A stretch of 64,000 bases of DNA from Geosiphon pyriformis uo1 (taxonomy: Eukaryota; Fungi; Glomeromycota). The stretch spans positions 1,026,719 to 1,090,718 of the forward strand of contig JAAOMT010000512.1 in the NCBI GenBank assembly GCA_016748015.1, in the 5' to 3' direction. The notes beneath the pieces were generated by a model. That model did no database searches and had not been told where the DNA came from. It worked only from the letters and a program-made list of their open reading frames with translations. The position numbers and the translations under genes are program-made. Of this stretch, positions 51,621-64,000 are shown piece by piece. Within the stretch, counting starts at the first letter, position 1. Each line of letters opens with the position of its first letter.

Positions 51621-53119
51621 ATCTGTTCTCCACAATATTGTAGTTTATGTCTCTTGAAACCCAGAATTTCCCAAAAAATTTCTTAAAAGGCCTTGAATTC
51701 CCTAAAAAAACAAAAAAAAAGAGTTGAAAATTTTATTGTCTTCTATCTGCGGCGAATTTTAAAAAAACTTAAAAGGAACTACATACTTTGCCTGGTTTTA
51801 CAATGCTGCTTAATTATCAATGATAAATTTCTTTTGTTCCTATCCGCTAATTATCGAGAATCCTTTTCATCTATTTACAGTTTTCACAAGAAAAAATCTT
51901 CGAGTTTTATATTATTGATGAATATTATAACCTTTTAAATCATCACAAAGTAAGAAAGAGTTTTTCTATAGTCATCGTTATGTACACGCACCCCAGCTCT
52001 AGAATAAATTAAAGAACCCCTATCATATTACTATATTCAGGGTTCAATTTTGAAACTGTCTTTAAGATGCTGCAACCGTAGTTATACATATGTCTCCTGA
52101 AATCCCCAACAATAATGTGCGCTACATTAAAATTAATTTTTAAGATTTAAACCTCTCATGTGACACTTTTGGCAACGAAGGAGAGACTACAAGAAAATTC
52201 TGTATTGAAGATTGGGAACTTGTATAACTAAAAGAAAAATGAATCCAGATACTTAACTTTCATTTACTTTGGATTGTTCGGACGACTTAAACAACTCGTG
52301 TATGATGTCTTTTTACTCAGTCAAAAAATTGACAAACTGTAATAAGGGATACTTTGTTGAAATTGGCAATTACCCTGACTTTAGATTTTTCACAATTCTT
52401 AAAAGTTTTCCTTTTTCAGGGTCAGGAGAGATCCAATGTATAAAAGAACTGTTTATTTAATCACAAGACCAATTGCCCTCCTCGATTGCAATGACTGTTT
52501 AAAAAAAGCATCAATTGCTGGTAACGTATTACTATACTAGATACAATATAAAATAATAAAATAATAAAATTAATAAAGGATTTAATAACCAAAACGGGAT
52601 ATTCCTCAATAGCTCTATAATCTAAAAAAAACATTTCGTCTTCAAAAGCTTAATATTTTCACTTCTCTTGATTTTTTCTTTCAAGACAATTTTATGCTTT
52701 ATTTTTAAAATTCCTCGACATGATAAAAGGAAGGCTAAAAATTCTGCATTTGAACTTAGTAAGCATTTGGCTAAAACCAAATTTGTACTTATTCATTTGA
52801 CAATAGATTCGATAAGTTGGGAAACGATACAAACGAGACCTCTCGTGTTTCACCATTAAAGAGAGCGAAATCTTTTATGTCCTAGTATACCAGAATTAGG
52901 AAGTTGAAGCTCATAATTTCTAGGGTTGAATAAAAGCCTTTGCAAAAGCTTTTTATTTTAAATAAAAACCAAAAAGACAAAATTTTTGCTTCATATAAAT
53001 TCCGGTCAAAAATTCAAGTTTTTTTAATTATGAACTTTAAATTGGTACAAAATAATAGATAAAAATTCGACTGATCCAAAATTCATTCACCAAAAATTTG
53101 AAAACTACAATATTTTGTC

Positions 53120-55618
53120 TTACGAATAACCTAGTTCTTTCAATTCATTCAATTTATCCCAAGCTCTAGGATGCCCTTGAGCGTGGGCTCTTCGAAAGTG
53201 GTCCACCGCCTTTACGTAATCTTTATCTTTTGAATAGCGCGAACCATAGTTATATAGCAAGGCTGGATGGTCTTGATGGTATGCCATTTTTATATATTTT
53301 CTAGAAATTTCTTTATCAATACCTGCTAAACCACCCTTGTCAAATGCAAAACCATATTTATACTGCGCATCTCGATCCCCCCTATCAGCAGCATTTTTCC
53401 ATAAGTATAAGCCTTGTTGGATATCCATTGCCACGGGCTCCAACCCGTTAACATAATACAGACCAGCATAATATTGCGCTTTTAGAACCCCGGTGTTAGA
53501 AAGTATTTCAAAAATTGACCAAGCTTCGGGATATTTTTTATTATTGTACAAAGAAATTGCATCATCAAGATTTGGTGGTGTAAAATCGCTCATAGCATTC
53601 TCATCATCCTCATTTTCACTGGAGTAATGTTCAAAATCATCGTCCCTTGGATAAATGTAGGGATTCATCCATTGGACAGCAGGCACTTGAAGTAAAGGAG
53701 TAGTAGGGCGCGAATATTGATTGTAGCTAAAGCTGATATCACCTCCTTCACAGCTATTGTTCATATCAGACAGTTTTAAACAGAAATCCGACATTTTAGG
53801 CCGGTTTCTTGGTTCTGCATCCCAACCTTCCACCATTATCATCCTATACTCTTCTGGGATACCTGAAATGTCAATAATTGGACGTTCCCCATTTATTACC
53901 TTTTTTGACACGTCAAGATTTTCGACATTACCGTAGGGCAACTGTTGTGTGGCTATTTCCCAGAGAACAATTGCAAAACTAAATTCGAAAAATTTTAATT
54001 TAAGATTTTCGAAATAATGTGCGAAAATTTTAAACTTGTGCTGCTAAAGCGGGAAACATAGATACCTATAAACATCGCATTCTTTTGTAAACCTCTGATC
54101 AGGATTCATTTTTTCAGGTGCGGTCCATCTAATAAAATTATCGGATTAAAAGGTATTCAAACCCAATTTAATAAATATATTTGAACAGCAAAGAAAATTT
54201 TATTGATTCTAAAATCAAGTTCTAAAACTCAAGAATCTTTTAAATGGGAAGAAGTAAATGTACCTCATTACAGAAAGGATATCTGATATAGGTTTCATTA
54301 TGGAGTTAGGATCATCTTCTTTGCGAGACCAGTCAAAATTAGTGAGTTTGGCATTCCGATCACCATCTAAGAATATATTGTGACTTAAAATCGAAAGCCA
54401 CGGATATATTAGTACCTTGTGCTAAATTCATGAAATGCGTAGATAGACTTTCGAATACCTTCTCACGTCATGATGAAGGACATCAGCTTGATGACAAAAG
54501 GCTAATCCTTGGGCAATTTGTAAAGCAATTTTCAGCTTATCTGTCCAGTTTAATGTATGAGTTTCGAAGTAAGTTTTCATATCGCCATTTTTCGCCCAGT
54601 CAGTGATAGAAAATCTTTCACCATTTCGTTCCACAATACCATAACTGCAAAGTGTATCAAAACATTTAAAAAATCTTTAAATCTTTAAAATTGAAAAAAA
54701 AACTAACTTACAATTTCAATATTGATGAACATTTTTCCAACAACCGCAAAATTGCAACTTCTTTCCAAAAATTTTTATCCTTCACTCCGCCATAATCTAC
54801 CTTCCCAATTGATTTTTCCGCAACTGGATAACGTTGAACTGAATAAATTCTTTTCAAGACATGAGCTTTTGTACCACGTCTAACAGCTAGCTTGGACCTA
54901 TCATCATAGATATCTTCACTTGAGATCCTTATTTGCTTGAGCAACTCTTTGCCGATAGGAGCATTATCCTTAATGGCTATCACCTCAGCTTCAACCTGAC
55001 TATCATGTGGAATGCTCTTTTGTTCACGTATAATTTGTACATGATGCAGAGTTAGTTGGCCTACGGCAAATTGTAAGTTTCCTGACAATTCGACTACTTG
55101 GTTTGCCACCTAAGTAAATGAAGGATTAAAACTAATCAAAAAATATGAACAGTTGAATAATATCTCACTGAAAGAGAAGAGTTATACTCACTTCATCAGC
55201 ATAAAGGATTCTGGTAATTACACCTGCTCGGTGTGGTTTTTGTTGTTTTAAAAGAAACTTTTTGATATTTTCCAAACATTCTATATAATATTTCAAAGTT
55301 TGAGACATCTCATTCTCTGATTCCGGAATTTGATCATTGAGTTGTTCATTCGCGCATTCAACCATGTTCGCCAAATTTCTACATGTTGCTTTATTACGTT
55401 CAGCTGTTCCCGCAGCGTCCACGATGCTTCGTACAATTTCTACAATTTGTTCAGCACCTAAGGTATTTTTCAATTTGGTGAAACGATATTCTAAGTGGTA
55501 AAAATGAATTATTTTTTGTTGGGAATTTCTTTGAATCACCTGGAATATTTGAAAATCTGGCCACTTTAGAAGCAATACTGAGGCCGCCAGAAGCATAACC
55601 TAGCCAATCTTGACTCAT
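53120..55618 (-). CDS. MLKL-like N-terminal four-helix bundle + TKL-type (pseudo)kinase + C-terminal Sel1-like repeats; 7 exons (55618-55540, 55457-55192, 55109-54712, 54644-54459, 54383-54264, 54128-54066, 53978-53120)
   Basis: N-terminus IVEIVRSIVDAAGTAERNKATCRNLANMVE...YYIECLENIKKFL follows the MLKL_NTD pattern. Kinase motifs VAEK, FWKEVAIL, HHDVRSHNIFL, KLTNFD, RWTAPE, CDVYSFAIVLWEI. Sel1 repeats KAQYYAGLYY, AADRGDRDAQYKYG, AHAQGHPRA. Confidence 0.88.
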
Positions 55619-56327
55619 CTTTAGAAGTGGAGTAAATTTAACAAGAGCAATTTGGAAGATATAAAAGATTAGAAAAGGTGGTCCTCTGACGAACTCTTTT
55701 TATATTAAAATGGCTTGAACCTGTAGACTTAAAAAAAAGCGGAAATATAGATATCTTGAATTTAATAGAAGGAACTAAAAAATAGGACCAATAGTAGTTG
55801 AAGTAAACTGAAGAAAACAGGATATTTAAACAATGAAAATTGGCTACTGATTTTCAATATCACAAATACTGACACCAAGTTCGTTCACTGTAGCATTCAT
55901 TGTCGTATTTCCTAAAGAAACCTTATATTCTAATGCAAACAGTGTTACATGCATTTCAACGCAGGTCGCTTACCACAAACAGCGATACAAATGAAAAAAA
56001 AATTTCAATTGATTGTGCCACAAATATTTATTTAAAGAAATTTAAATGTAATGCATTTTTATAAAAATTCAAAGTCAAAATCAAAATCATAGATTGGGCA
56101 TAAAGAATAAAAAAACAAATCAATTCTATATACATTATATATACATCTATTAACATTTTAATTCAATATTTTAATGTTTTTCAATATGTTTAAGTTTAAT
56201 ATTAATTATTTAACTATTTTTTGTATATACAGGGGGGTATAAAAAGTATTGGACACTTTTATAATATGTTATATAAAAGAACTAACTTATGAATCGTTAA
56301 TTTTTTATTATTATATTAAAATACATG

Positions 56328-57189
56328 TTAGTATTTTGTTTGACCCCCATTTGCTTCAAGAATAGCTTGAACTCGACGTGGAATAGACTTGATCAAATTA
56401 CGATAGTAATTTACAGGTATCGCATCCCATTCTTCCTTAACCCACTGTTCCAATTGTACAATATTTGAGGGTTGTGAATTACGTTGACAAATTTTAACTT
56501 CAATATATGACCAAAGATTTTCTATTGGAGTAATATTAGGACTTTGTGCTGGCCAAGGAAGTAATTCAACATTTGAAGAGGTAAGAAAAGAACGCGCGAC
56601 TTTTAATGTGTGGATTGGTGCATTGTCTTCCTGAAAAAAAAACTTTTTTTTAGTTTTTTTTGCATGAAGTTTTACCGTAGGAATTGCATAATTAGCCAAG
56701 GTTTCGCGGTGTATAACTCCAGTAATATGACCAACCAAAGGAACTAAAGGACCCAAACCAACCCATGAAAAACATCCCCAAAACATGCGACCAAAGCTTT
56801 TTCTAACTGTGGCCGCAATACAATCCTTATGAAAGTCTTCGGAAGGTTTACGCCATACACGTCCAAATCCTGTAGTCCTAAATTGTGTATATGTAGATTC
56901 ATCTGACCAAACAACTCGTTTAAAATCTTTTACTGTCCAATTTTCATAAGTACGAGCCCATTGTAAACGTTTTTCTTTATTTGATTTGAAAATTAATGGC
57001 TNNNNNNNNNNNNNNNNNNNNNNNNNNNNNNNNNNNNNNNNNNNNNNNNNNNNNNNNNNNNNNNNNNNNNNNNNNNNNNNNNNNNNNNNNNNNNNNNNNN
57101 NNNNNNNTCTCACTGTTTGTATGTCCTAACTTTATTGCTGAAATAATCCCTCCTTTTTGGTATTCAGAAAGTTCTTTTCCAAGACACAT
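56328..57189 (-). CDS. Tc1 transposase (interrupted by an assembly gap)
   Basis: N-terminal HTH start GKELSEYQKGGII, then VVWSDES, MFWGCFS, FQEDNAPIH and WPAQSPNITPIENLW, with exactly 34 residues between D and E. No stops in the sequenced part. Confidence 0.88.
57002..57107. other. Scaffold gap (106 N)
   Basis: Run of N inside the transposase ORF. Confidence 1.
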
Positions 57190-57993
57190 TTGATGCGGTA
57201 AATTTTTTCACGACAAGAATGTTTGATATTTTATATATACGCGTATGATCCACTGTTGTGTTTTACAAGGACGCGATTTATGTTGATTTGTAGATTATAA
57301 CTATAAGTAATTATAAAAAAAATTATGGCTTAAATTGGTAATGGTATTACTATATATAGCCTTTTTTATATATTATATTAAGTGTCCAATACTTTTTATA
57401 CCCCCCTGTAGCTTAAAAAATAAATAAAAATAATATCGTTTTATTTTATAACTGGTTTCAAAAATTAAATGAGTTGAAAAATAATTACACTAAAATTCAA
57501 TGTTAAAATATAAAATATAAAATTAATAATAAACATAAACATAAAAAACTAGTTTCAAAAATTGGATTTAAAAAATATAAAATAATCAATGATTTATACT
57601 TTAAAGATAATAAATTTTAAATTAATTAAATAAACAACTTTTTTATTTATTAAAAATATAAAAATTCAATTCAAATGCAAAAAAAACTATTGTTTATTTT
57701 ATTATGTTTTTTATATATATATTTGCGAAGTTAAATTATTACTTTGGTTTAATGTTTTAATAATTAAAAAAATTTTTTTTTTTGTATATAAAGCAAAATT
57801 CGTTGCTGTATTTTAACATTAAGCAATAAAAATAATTGTATTTCATTAAATATTTATTGTTTTTATTTAAATAAATTTTTCTATAAATTTCGATTATAAC
57901 AATGATTGTTTTATATAATAAAAATTTTAATATTTTATTTAATTCAAGAAATCTAACTTATTAAGAAGAATATTACAAATTTTATAACTAATA

Positions 57994-58335
57994 CAGTAGT
58001 ATCTCTATAAGTGCACACCCTTGGGACCAAATATATTCATGTCACTTAAAGAATATTGTTTCAATGCGGAATGCAAACTGTGCACTTTTACACGTGACTA
58101 ACCACCAAGCCAATCTAACGCTATATTATCATTACCTAACAATATCTGATTGTTCATTATTATACAATCGTCATGTGCATGCATTTATAGAGATTATCCT
58201 AATACACTTGCAACTCAGAATCATTTCGCACCGCAGAATATAGAGGGTATGCACTTAGCTCTAAATCCCGAACTTGGGACCAGACTATAAAGAAAGTATG
58301 CACTTATAGAAAGTGCCCTTATGAAGATATCATTG
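57994..58335. mobile_element. Non-autonomous pogo/Tc1-mariner-type MITE, ~342 bp
   Basis: Left end TA-CAGTAGTATCTCTATAAGTGCAC; right end reverse complement CAATGATATCTTCATAAGGGCAC, also flanked by TA. Internal repeats CTTGGGACCA and TGCACTTA. A GC-richer island in AT-rich DNA. Confidence 0.75.
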
Positions 58336-61300
58336 TATTTAAAATAATTTCAAAATGAATGATTATATTTTTATAATTAATTAAAATTATCAACTTTAAA
58401 TCTTGAATGTTAAAAAAAATTTAATTTTAGTTCTAAATTTTTATTGAGCAAAATTTATACTACAATTTAAATAATTAAATCACAATAATTTCATAATTAG
58501 AATAATATCTATTATTAAGATGAAATATAATTTTTATTATCATAATTACAATGAAAAAATTACGCAAATAATTTTTTTTTAGTAATTTCTAATACAAATT
58601 TATATTTATTTAAATAAAAATTTTTTATGATTTTTTGTCATTAATATGTTTGGTAACAAAAAATTAACAGTTAAAGATGATTTGCAAAATTTCGATTAAT
58701 TTAAAATTTTAAACAATAGAGATAATAAAATATTTTAATGTATCTATGTTAAAATAATAATTTTATTGTAAATAAAAATGAACAAGTCATTATTTTAAAA
58801 AAAATCATATTTTAATGTTTCAAATAACTTTAATAAAAATACAAACAAATTTTTATATATTAGAAATTAGTTAACAACTAAATTAATAAAGGATAAATAG
58901 ATAAATTATTCTTTGGTCGTTATTTAACCTATGTTAAATCTCTTCAAATATTGAAACCAATTTCAGAAAATACCTAAATATAAATGATGAATTTTTTTTT
59001 TCAACCATTTTCATTGTGATTAAAAGAGCAAGGTCAATAATTATATCTTATGTCTGGATTCTTTTTTCAGGAATAGGAACTTATTTTTATTTTTCTTAAT
59101 TGGAGTTTTATGATTTCAAAAGTTTCATGTATTTTCCAAGTAGCTATAATTTTTACTAGAATGGATAATCATTTCAGCTTTAATACAATATCTATTTTTT
59201 TTATTTGTTAAATTTAAAACAGCATTAAAATTTTTTTTTTAGGTTTTTTAATATTATATGTTAAAGAAATCCTAAAATTTCATTTTATATATGGAAAATA
59301 AAATAATTTAAAATTGTTATTGTTAATGACCAAAAAAATTAAATTTGGGCTTGAATTTATTATTCATTTAATTTGAGATTTTTATTAACACATTTAATTC
59401 TAAATCGAATTGACAGGCTAATTTATGAATAAAATACTGGACAATTTAGAAAGGATAAACTTAAGAAAAAAAGGAATTTATGTTAAGACCCTCTCGGCTT
59501 AATCGCCAAGAAACGAGTGCAAGAAAAAGCAGAAACTCTACAATTGCACCAAATCCAATTTTTGCATACAGTACGGCAAGATGTCAACGAATTTTTGAAA
59601 AAAAAAAGCGAAAACTCAATTAGAAAAATCTTAAATAGCCAAATAACTATGAAACAAAGCTATAAAAAATTTACTTCGAGTTCCTCAAATATCTTCTAAT
59701 TACAAAAAGCCTTCGTTTTATTCGAAATTCTATGCAAAATTTAATTCATCCTAAAATCGACATGATTCAAAAATGAAACATTCAAAAAGAGGGAGGTTAT
59801 TTAAATGAAAAGAAGTTCTATGCAAAGTTGAAATCGTAAATAATTTCATCGCAATTGTCTCAAATTAGATATGAGGTTATTCAATGTGACCAATTCAGTT
59901 ATCCTTCCTGGCTTCTGATGACTATGAGTTTTTGAGAAGGCATAGAATAACCCTTTACCTAATTCATTTAATAACTTGGGTTTTTCAAGAAGCTTCATTT
60001 AAAAAACGTCCCACAAAATCCAGAGTTCTCTCTAAAATTACATGAGGATAAAATTAGTAGCTTTTTATAATGTAAGTAATAATCTGAAAATTCTATTAAT
60101 GCTAAAAACTCTTATCAATTAGAAACTAACTTATTAAGGGGGTTACGCTATAGAAATAGAGAATTTCTTGGATGAAAATGATTTATTTTGGTAGAAGTAG
60201 GGAGGAACAGTTGTGAATGTTTCATTGCAATAAATTCACCTATGGGACCGTTAAAGATGTTATTAGTCTTTGAGTTAGGATTATGAATAATTGTGGAACG
60301 ATGTCGGTGGAATGCATACTCTTTTCTATTCCAAGACTTTGGCGAGCGTTTTTGAAGGTTTTTTAACAAAGGATATCTTTCCTCAGTCAAGAACCTTCAG
60401 AGCAGGTTATTTCAATACTTTCATATCTCCCCTTGGTAGGCGAGAAGAAACTTTCATTGTTTTGGCTAGCCTGGATTTAATTTAAATCGAAATGCAAAAT
60501 TGGATAGATTTTCATTAAACTCAATTTTAGCTTTCTCAATATGCAAAAAAGAATTCAAATTCGAGTGAGAATTGTGCCAATTTTTCATAAAACTTAATAA
60601 TAGGTAACATCTTTCACCAAATACTCGAAAATTATTATCATTCATATTTTCTCGCAGCGAAAATTTCCCATTTATTCTCTGATAATATTCAAGAAATCGA
60701 AAAATAAAACCATTTTTTAAGGTATGTATTAACTACTCAAATATATTAAAATCTTAAAATTTTTTTAAAAGTCCAATAGCCAATTAAAGAAAGGTTTTTC
60801 ACAGCTGACTTGTTTACAGGTTTCATACCATTCAACTTTATTGATAACTAATTAAATCTGCTACAAAGAAATGTAACCTTTGTTTTATATTAACTTCAGA
60901 AAATATCAAGAATTAGTTTGACTGTTCACATTGTTATAACGAACCAAAACCAAAGTCATAAAGTTGTGGATGCATAGATTCTTGGCGAAACAAAAAAAAA
61001 ATGTTGTATTTTCTTTGTCTTCTCATTTCATGAACAGTGAAATAAAAAAAATTTATAGTCGTTTGTGCAACATCCTTTAGAATATCTTTTAGACCATATT
61101 TAGTTATCTTGATTTTCATGCACGATTCCAAAACTTATACGACTTTCCTAAAAATATTAGCTCATAAATGAAATGCAACGTGTTTTACAGAACTCAGTAT
61201 CATTTACTCATTTGATTCGAGTATTAAAACGCATAATATGGCGTTTATATATTTTTGCAGCAACACAATCATACATGAGATAATTCAATGTTTCAAATGA

Positions 61301-62845
61301 TCATTGAATAAAAAATTTTAAATATTGTACAAAATATATTATCTCAAACTAATCATGTTTAATTTCACACCATATATATATATATATATGATAAATTATT
61401 ACTAAATTGATATCATTAAAAGAATAATTTTTGAAATATGACTTGAAACTTGAATTCAAGATTTTGATAGCATTAAATTGGTGCTGCATTGCATACAAAA
61501 TTCTTTTGGCGACAATGATCAATGTTACTAAGTAGAAATTATTTAGAACCAATCAAAAACTAAGAAATTGATATCAATGCAATCAGGGGGCAATTTAAAA
61601 AAAAAATTTCCAAAAAATAATAATTATTTCAATAGTTGGAAAAACTGAAACTGAAACATTAAACTCACAAATTTATTATCCTTAAAAATTAAAATTGAAC
61701 CAATCAACTCTAAAATTCTCCCTATGTCTCAAGGAATCTTTGTTCTTTTTTGAAATTATTTTTCATCGAGGCCAATTCCATCTTAAAGAATAGTAGCTAC
61801 GCTTGAAATCGATAAAACTTTTGATTAGGTTGACCATTTTTACTGGTTGCTTTATATATTTTATTGATTGGTTCCCGAGTAAATGATAATTTACGCAAGC
61901 AGGTATTCATTTCCTAACAATTTAGGCTTTGTTCACCGAAATTGGATAGTAAAAAAATCAGGTATTGGCTATCAACTTCCTTTTTATGGACATAATATCA
62001 GCAATTCATAATTTGAAATTTCTCGATTACCCTTTTTCATTGTGTTTAACAACATATTCCCTTTTTCCAGTTTCTTATTAAAAAAATTAATCTTCAAAAT
62101 AAAAAAATTAACTCGAAATCTGAATCTAATCAATCAATGATTAAGATAAAACTATATGTTCTATTCATTTAACATTATACTTCTGCATCATAAAAATTTA
62201 TGGAGCACTGGTATTTATTTTCAGTAAATAACTACCCAATTTTAGTTTTAGTCACGCAAACACAAAAGCAAGTCAAAGATTAAAGTATACATGATAACTT
62301 TTTATCGAACTATAATACTTTATATTTTAAATATCAAAATGTATGATGCGGGTGATTTGATTCATCATTTTCAAATTCAGTCTTATCAATTATACCAGGT
62401 TTTTACTATTGTGCTATCAATTATAATAAACGCAATTGAAACAAGAAGCAAAATTCCATTAAACATGTCAATTTATCTCCTGCTGCTAAACTTTATTTTG
62501 TTTCTCACACCAGCTGTAAATGATGATTATGAGTACCACTTTGAATCTTTTTCAAAGAAAAAAAAAAGATCTATAAAATGAGGCGATTTCGCTCTCTTGC
62601 AAAAAAAAAAAAATTCATCATCAATTAGGTCAGGTACCTATTCCACCACTACTTTCCAGTCCCCGCGGTTCTATTTTTCACTACTGTTTCTTTGAATATT
62701 TTTAATTCCAACTCAATTTACATTCTTTTATTAAATTACTCCCCTGGTTGGGCTATTTGTGAAAAGTTATTTCAATACCATTCCACTCTTCAAAATTATA
62801 ATTTTCAAATAAACAAAATTTTTCTACTTAACATTATTCCTCATC

Positions 62846-64000
62846 ATGAAATTCTTTACATCTTCGTTGATCCTTCTTGCTACCACTTTGGCATCTATCT
62901 CTGCACATACGACAATGAAAAACCCTCTTCCTAGGTATTATTAAACTCAACCTTGTTGTTGAAGGATATAAAAACATGGTCTCAATATAAAGTGATCTAA
63001 CCAATTTTTTGCTTTTACAATGTAGGGGACATCCACTAAATCCGAATGCCGCAGTGAAAGATTATAATTGCCTCACAACGCCTCTGAACGGTGGTCCAGG
63101 TTGTGCACCAAAACCATTCCCATGTGGTGGTTATCCCGTCGACAAAACGATTACTCAAGTTTTCAAAGCTGGTGATGTAATAAATGTTGAATTCTGGAAT
63201 CCAAACTTCCCAAATGGTCCAACTGACGCTGATGCTACAGCTAATCAAGCAAGACATAATGGTGGTTTATGCGAATTTGCTCTCAGTTACGATGGTGGGA
63301 ACTCTTATACCAAAATTGCTACGTATCACGAGTCTTGTCCTGATATCTTTTTCGATTGGAAAGTCAAGATCCCAGAAAATGCACCTTCATGTGATGACCC
63401 TGGTAAATGTATCTTCTCATGGTCCTGGCTTAATGCCTTGGGTAATCGTGAATTTTATCAAAATTGTGCTGATATTAAGATTGATGGTACCGCCACGGAA
63501 CCACTACCAATCATTGATATCACTCGCGCAAATGTTTCTCCATTCGCGAATAACATGGTTCCACCAGGTGATAATCCCAATAATGGTAACGCCAAAGGTT
63601 CTGGTCCTCGATCCTCCGATACCGAAGCCAACATGCACAACAAAATTGGCAGCGGCAGCAGTAAAGCTCCATCAAAATCCACTTCAATTGATGGCAAAGG
63701 AAAATCTGGATCTGGTAATCCAATTACTGGAGACAGTTCATCCTCTAACCCAGTTACAGGGGACAGTTCATCCTCTAACCCAGTTACAGGGGACAGTTCA
63801 TCCTCTAACCCAGTTACAGGGGACAGTTCATCCTCTAAACCAGTTATTGGGGACAGTTCACCATTTAAAATTGGAAATGGAACTGATCAAACGCCATTGA
63901 GCAGCGGTGATCAGAAACCTGCTAAAGGACATATAAAACATGGAAGAAAATCTGGAAAAAAGGGAACTGTTAGAAAATCGACTATTCCAACTTCCCCATT
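62846..64000 (+). CDS. Secreted AA11-family lytic polysaccharide monooxygenase with Ser/Gly-rich linker (3' end beyond the window); exons 62846-62934 and 63026-64000+
   Basis: Signal peptide MKFFTSSLILLATTLASISA is followed directly by His1 (HTTMKNPLPR). Then PFPC, the second brace His in ARHNGGLCEFALSYDGG, and WSWLNALGNREFYQNCADI with the axial Tyr. Confidence 0.88.
63717..63863 (+). repeat. 30-bp coding minisatellite, 5 units (NPVTGDSSSS)
   Basis: AACCCAGTTACAGGGGACAGTTCATCCTCT occurs three times identically, plus two variant flanking units. Confidence 0.95.

Larger units (their letters stand above)
56230..57408 (-). mobile_element. Tc1 (DD34E) DNA transposon, full length, with TIRs and TA target-site duplication
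   Basis: Perfect 29-bp TIRs CAGGGGGGTATAAAAAGTATTGGACACTT at 56230-56258 and 57380-57408, flanked by TA (56228-29, 57409-10). Confidence 0.95.

Noticed and set aside
63184-63900. 238-aa ORF with TVHPLTQLQG repeats
   Set aside because: Out-of-frame shadow of the LPMO exon; the true frame carries the AA11 motifs.
33566-64000. Copper gene cluster (Cu-ATPase plus LPMO)
   Set aside because: The genes are ~26 kb apart with unrelated genes between them; there is no evidence of linkage.

Overview
AT-rich, intron-containing eukaryotic nuclear DNA. The gene content and style point to an early-diverging fungus, most likely Glomeromycotina (arbuscular mycorrhizal); this taxon call is an inference. Nine spliced host genes were reconstructed: a beta-TrCP-like F-box/WD40 protein, a minimal RBR E3 ligase, an Rpd3-type HDAC, PMP3, a P1B copper ATPase, an Msb1/Mug8-type RhoGAP-like protein, a universal stress protein, an MLKL-like 4HB-pseudokinase-Sel1 protein, and an AA11 LPMO that runs off the window end. 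The window also holds a decayed ABCG transporter, a young Tc1 (DD34E) element with perfect TIRs, a MITE, a dead Sola-like transposase, a Tc1 relic and a ~10 kb CpG-depleted TE graveyard. The most striking item is at ~17.3-18.95 kb: three tightly packed, co-oriented, intronless ORFs that are open only if TGA is read as Trp (genetic code 4, six in-frame TGAs). This is the signature of DNA from a Mollicutes/Mycoplasma-related endobacterium (MRE, Ca. Moeniiplasma) sitting in the fungal chromosome. Two of the encoded proteins share an effector-like design: coiled coil, an SH3-ligand-like K-x-L-P-x-L-P motif, and a terminal A-[QR]-I-E-[VI]-K motif. All exon coordinates were read by hand and may be off by a base or two.
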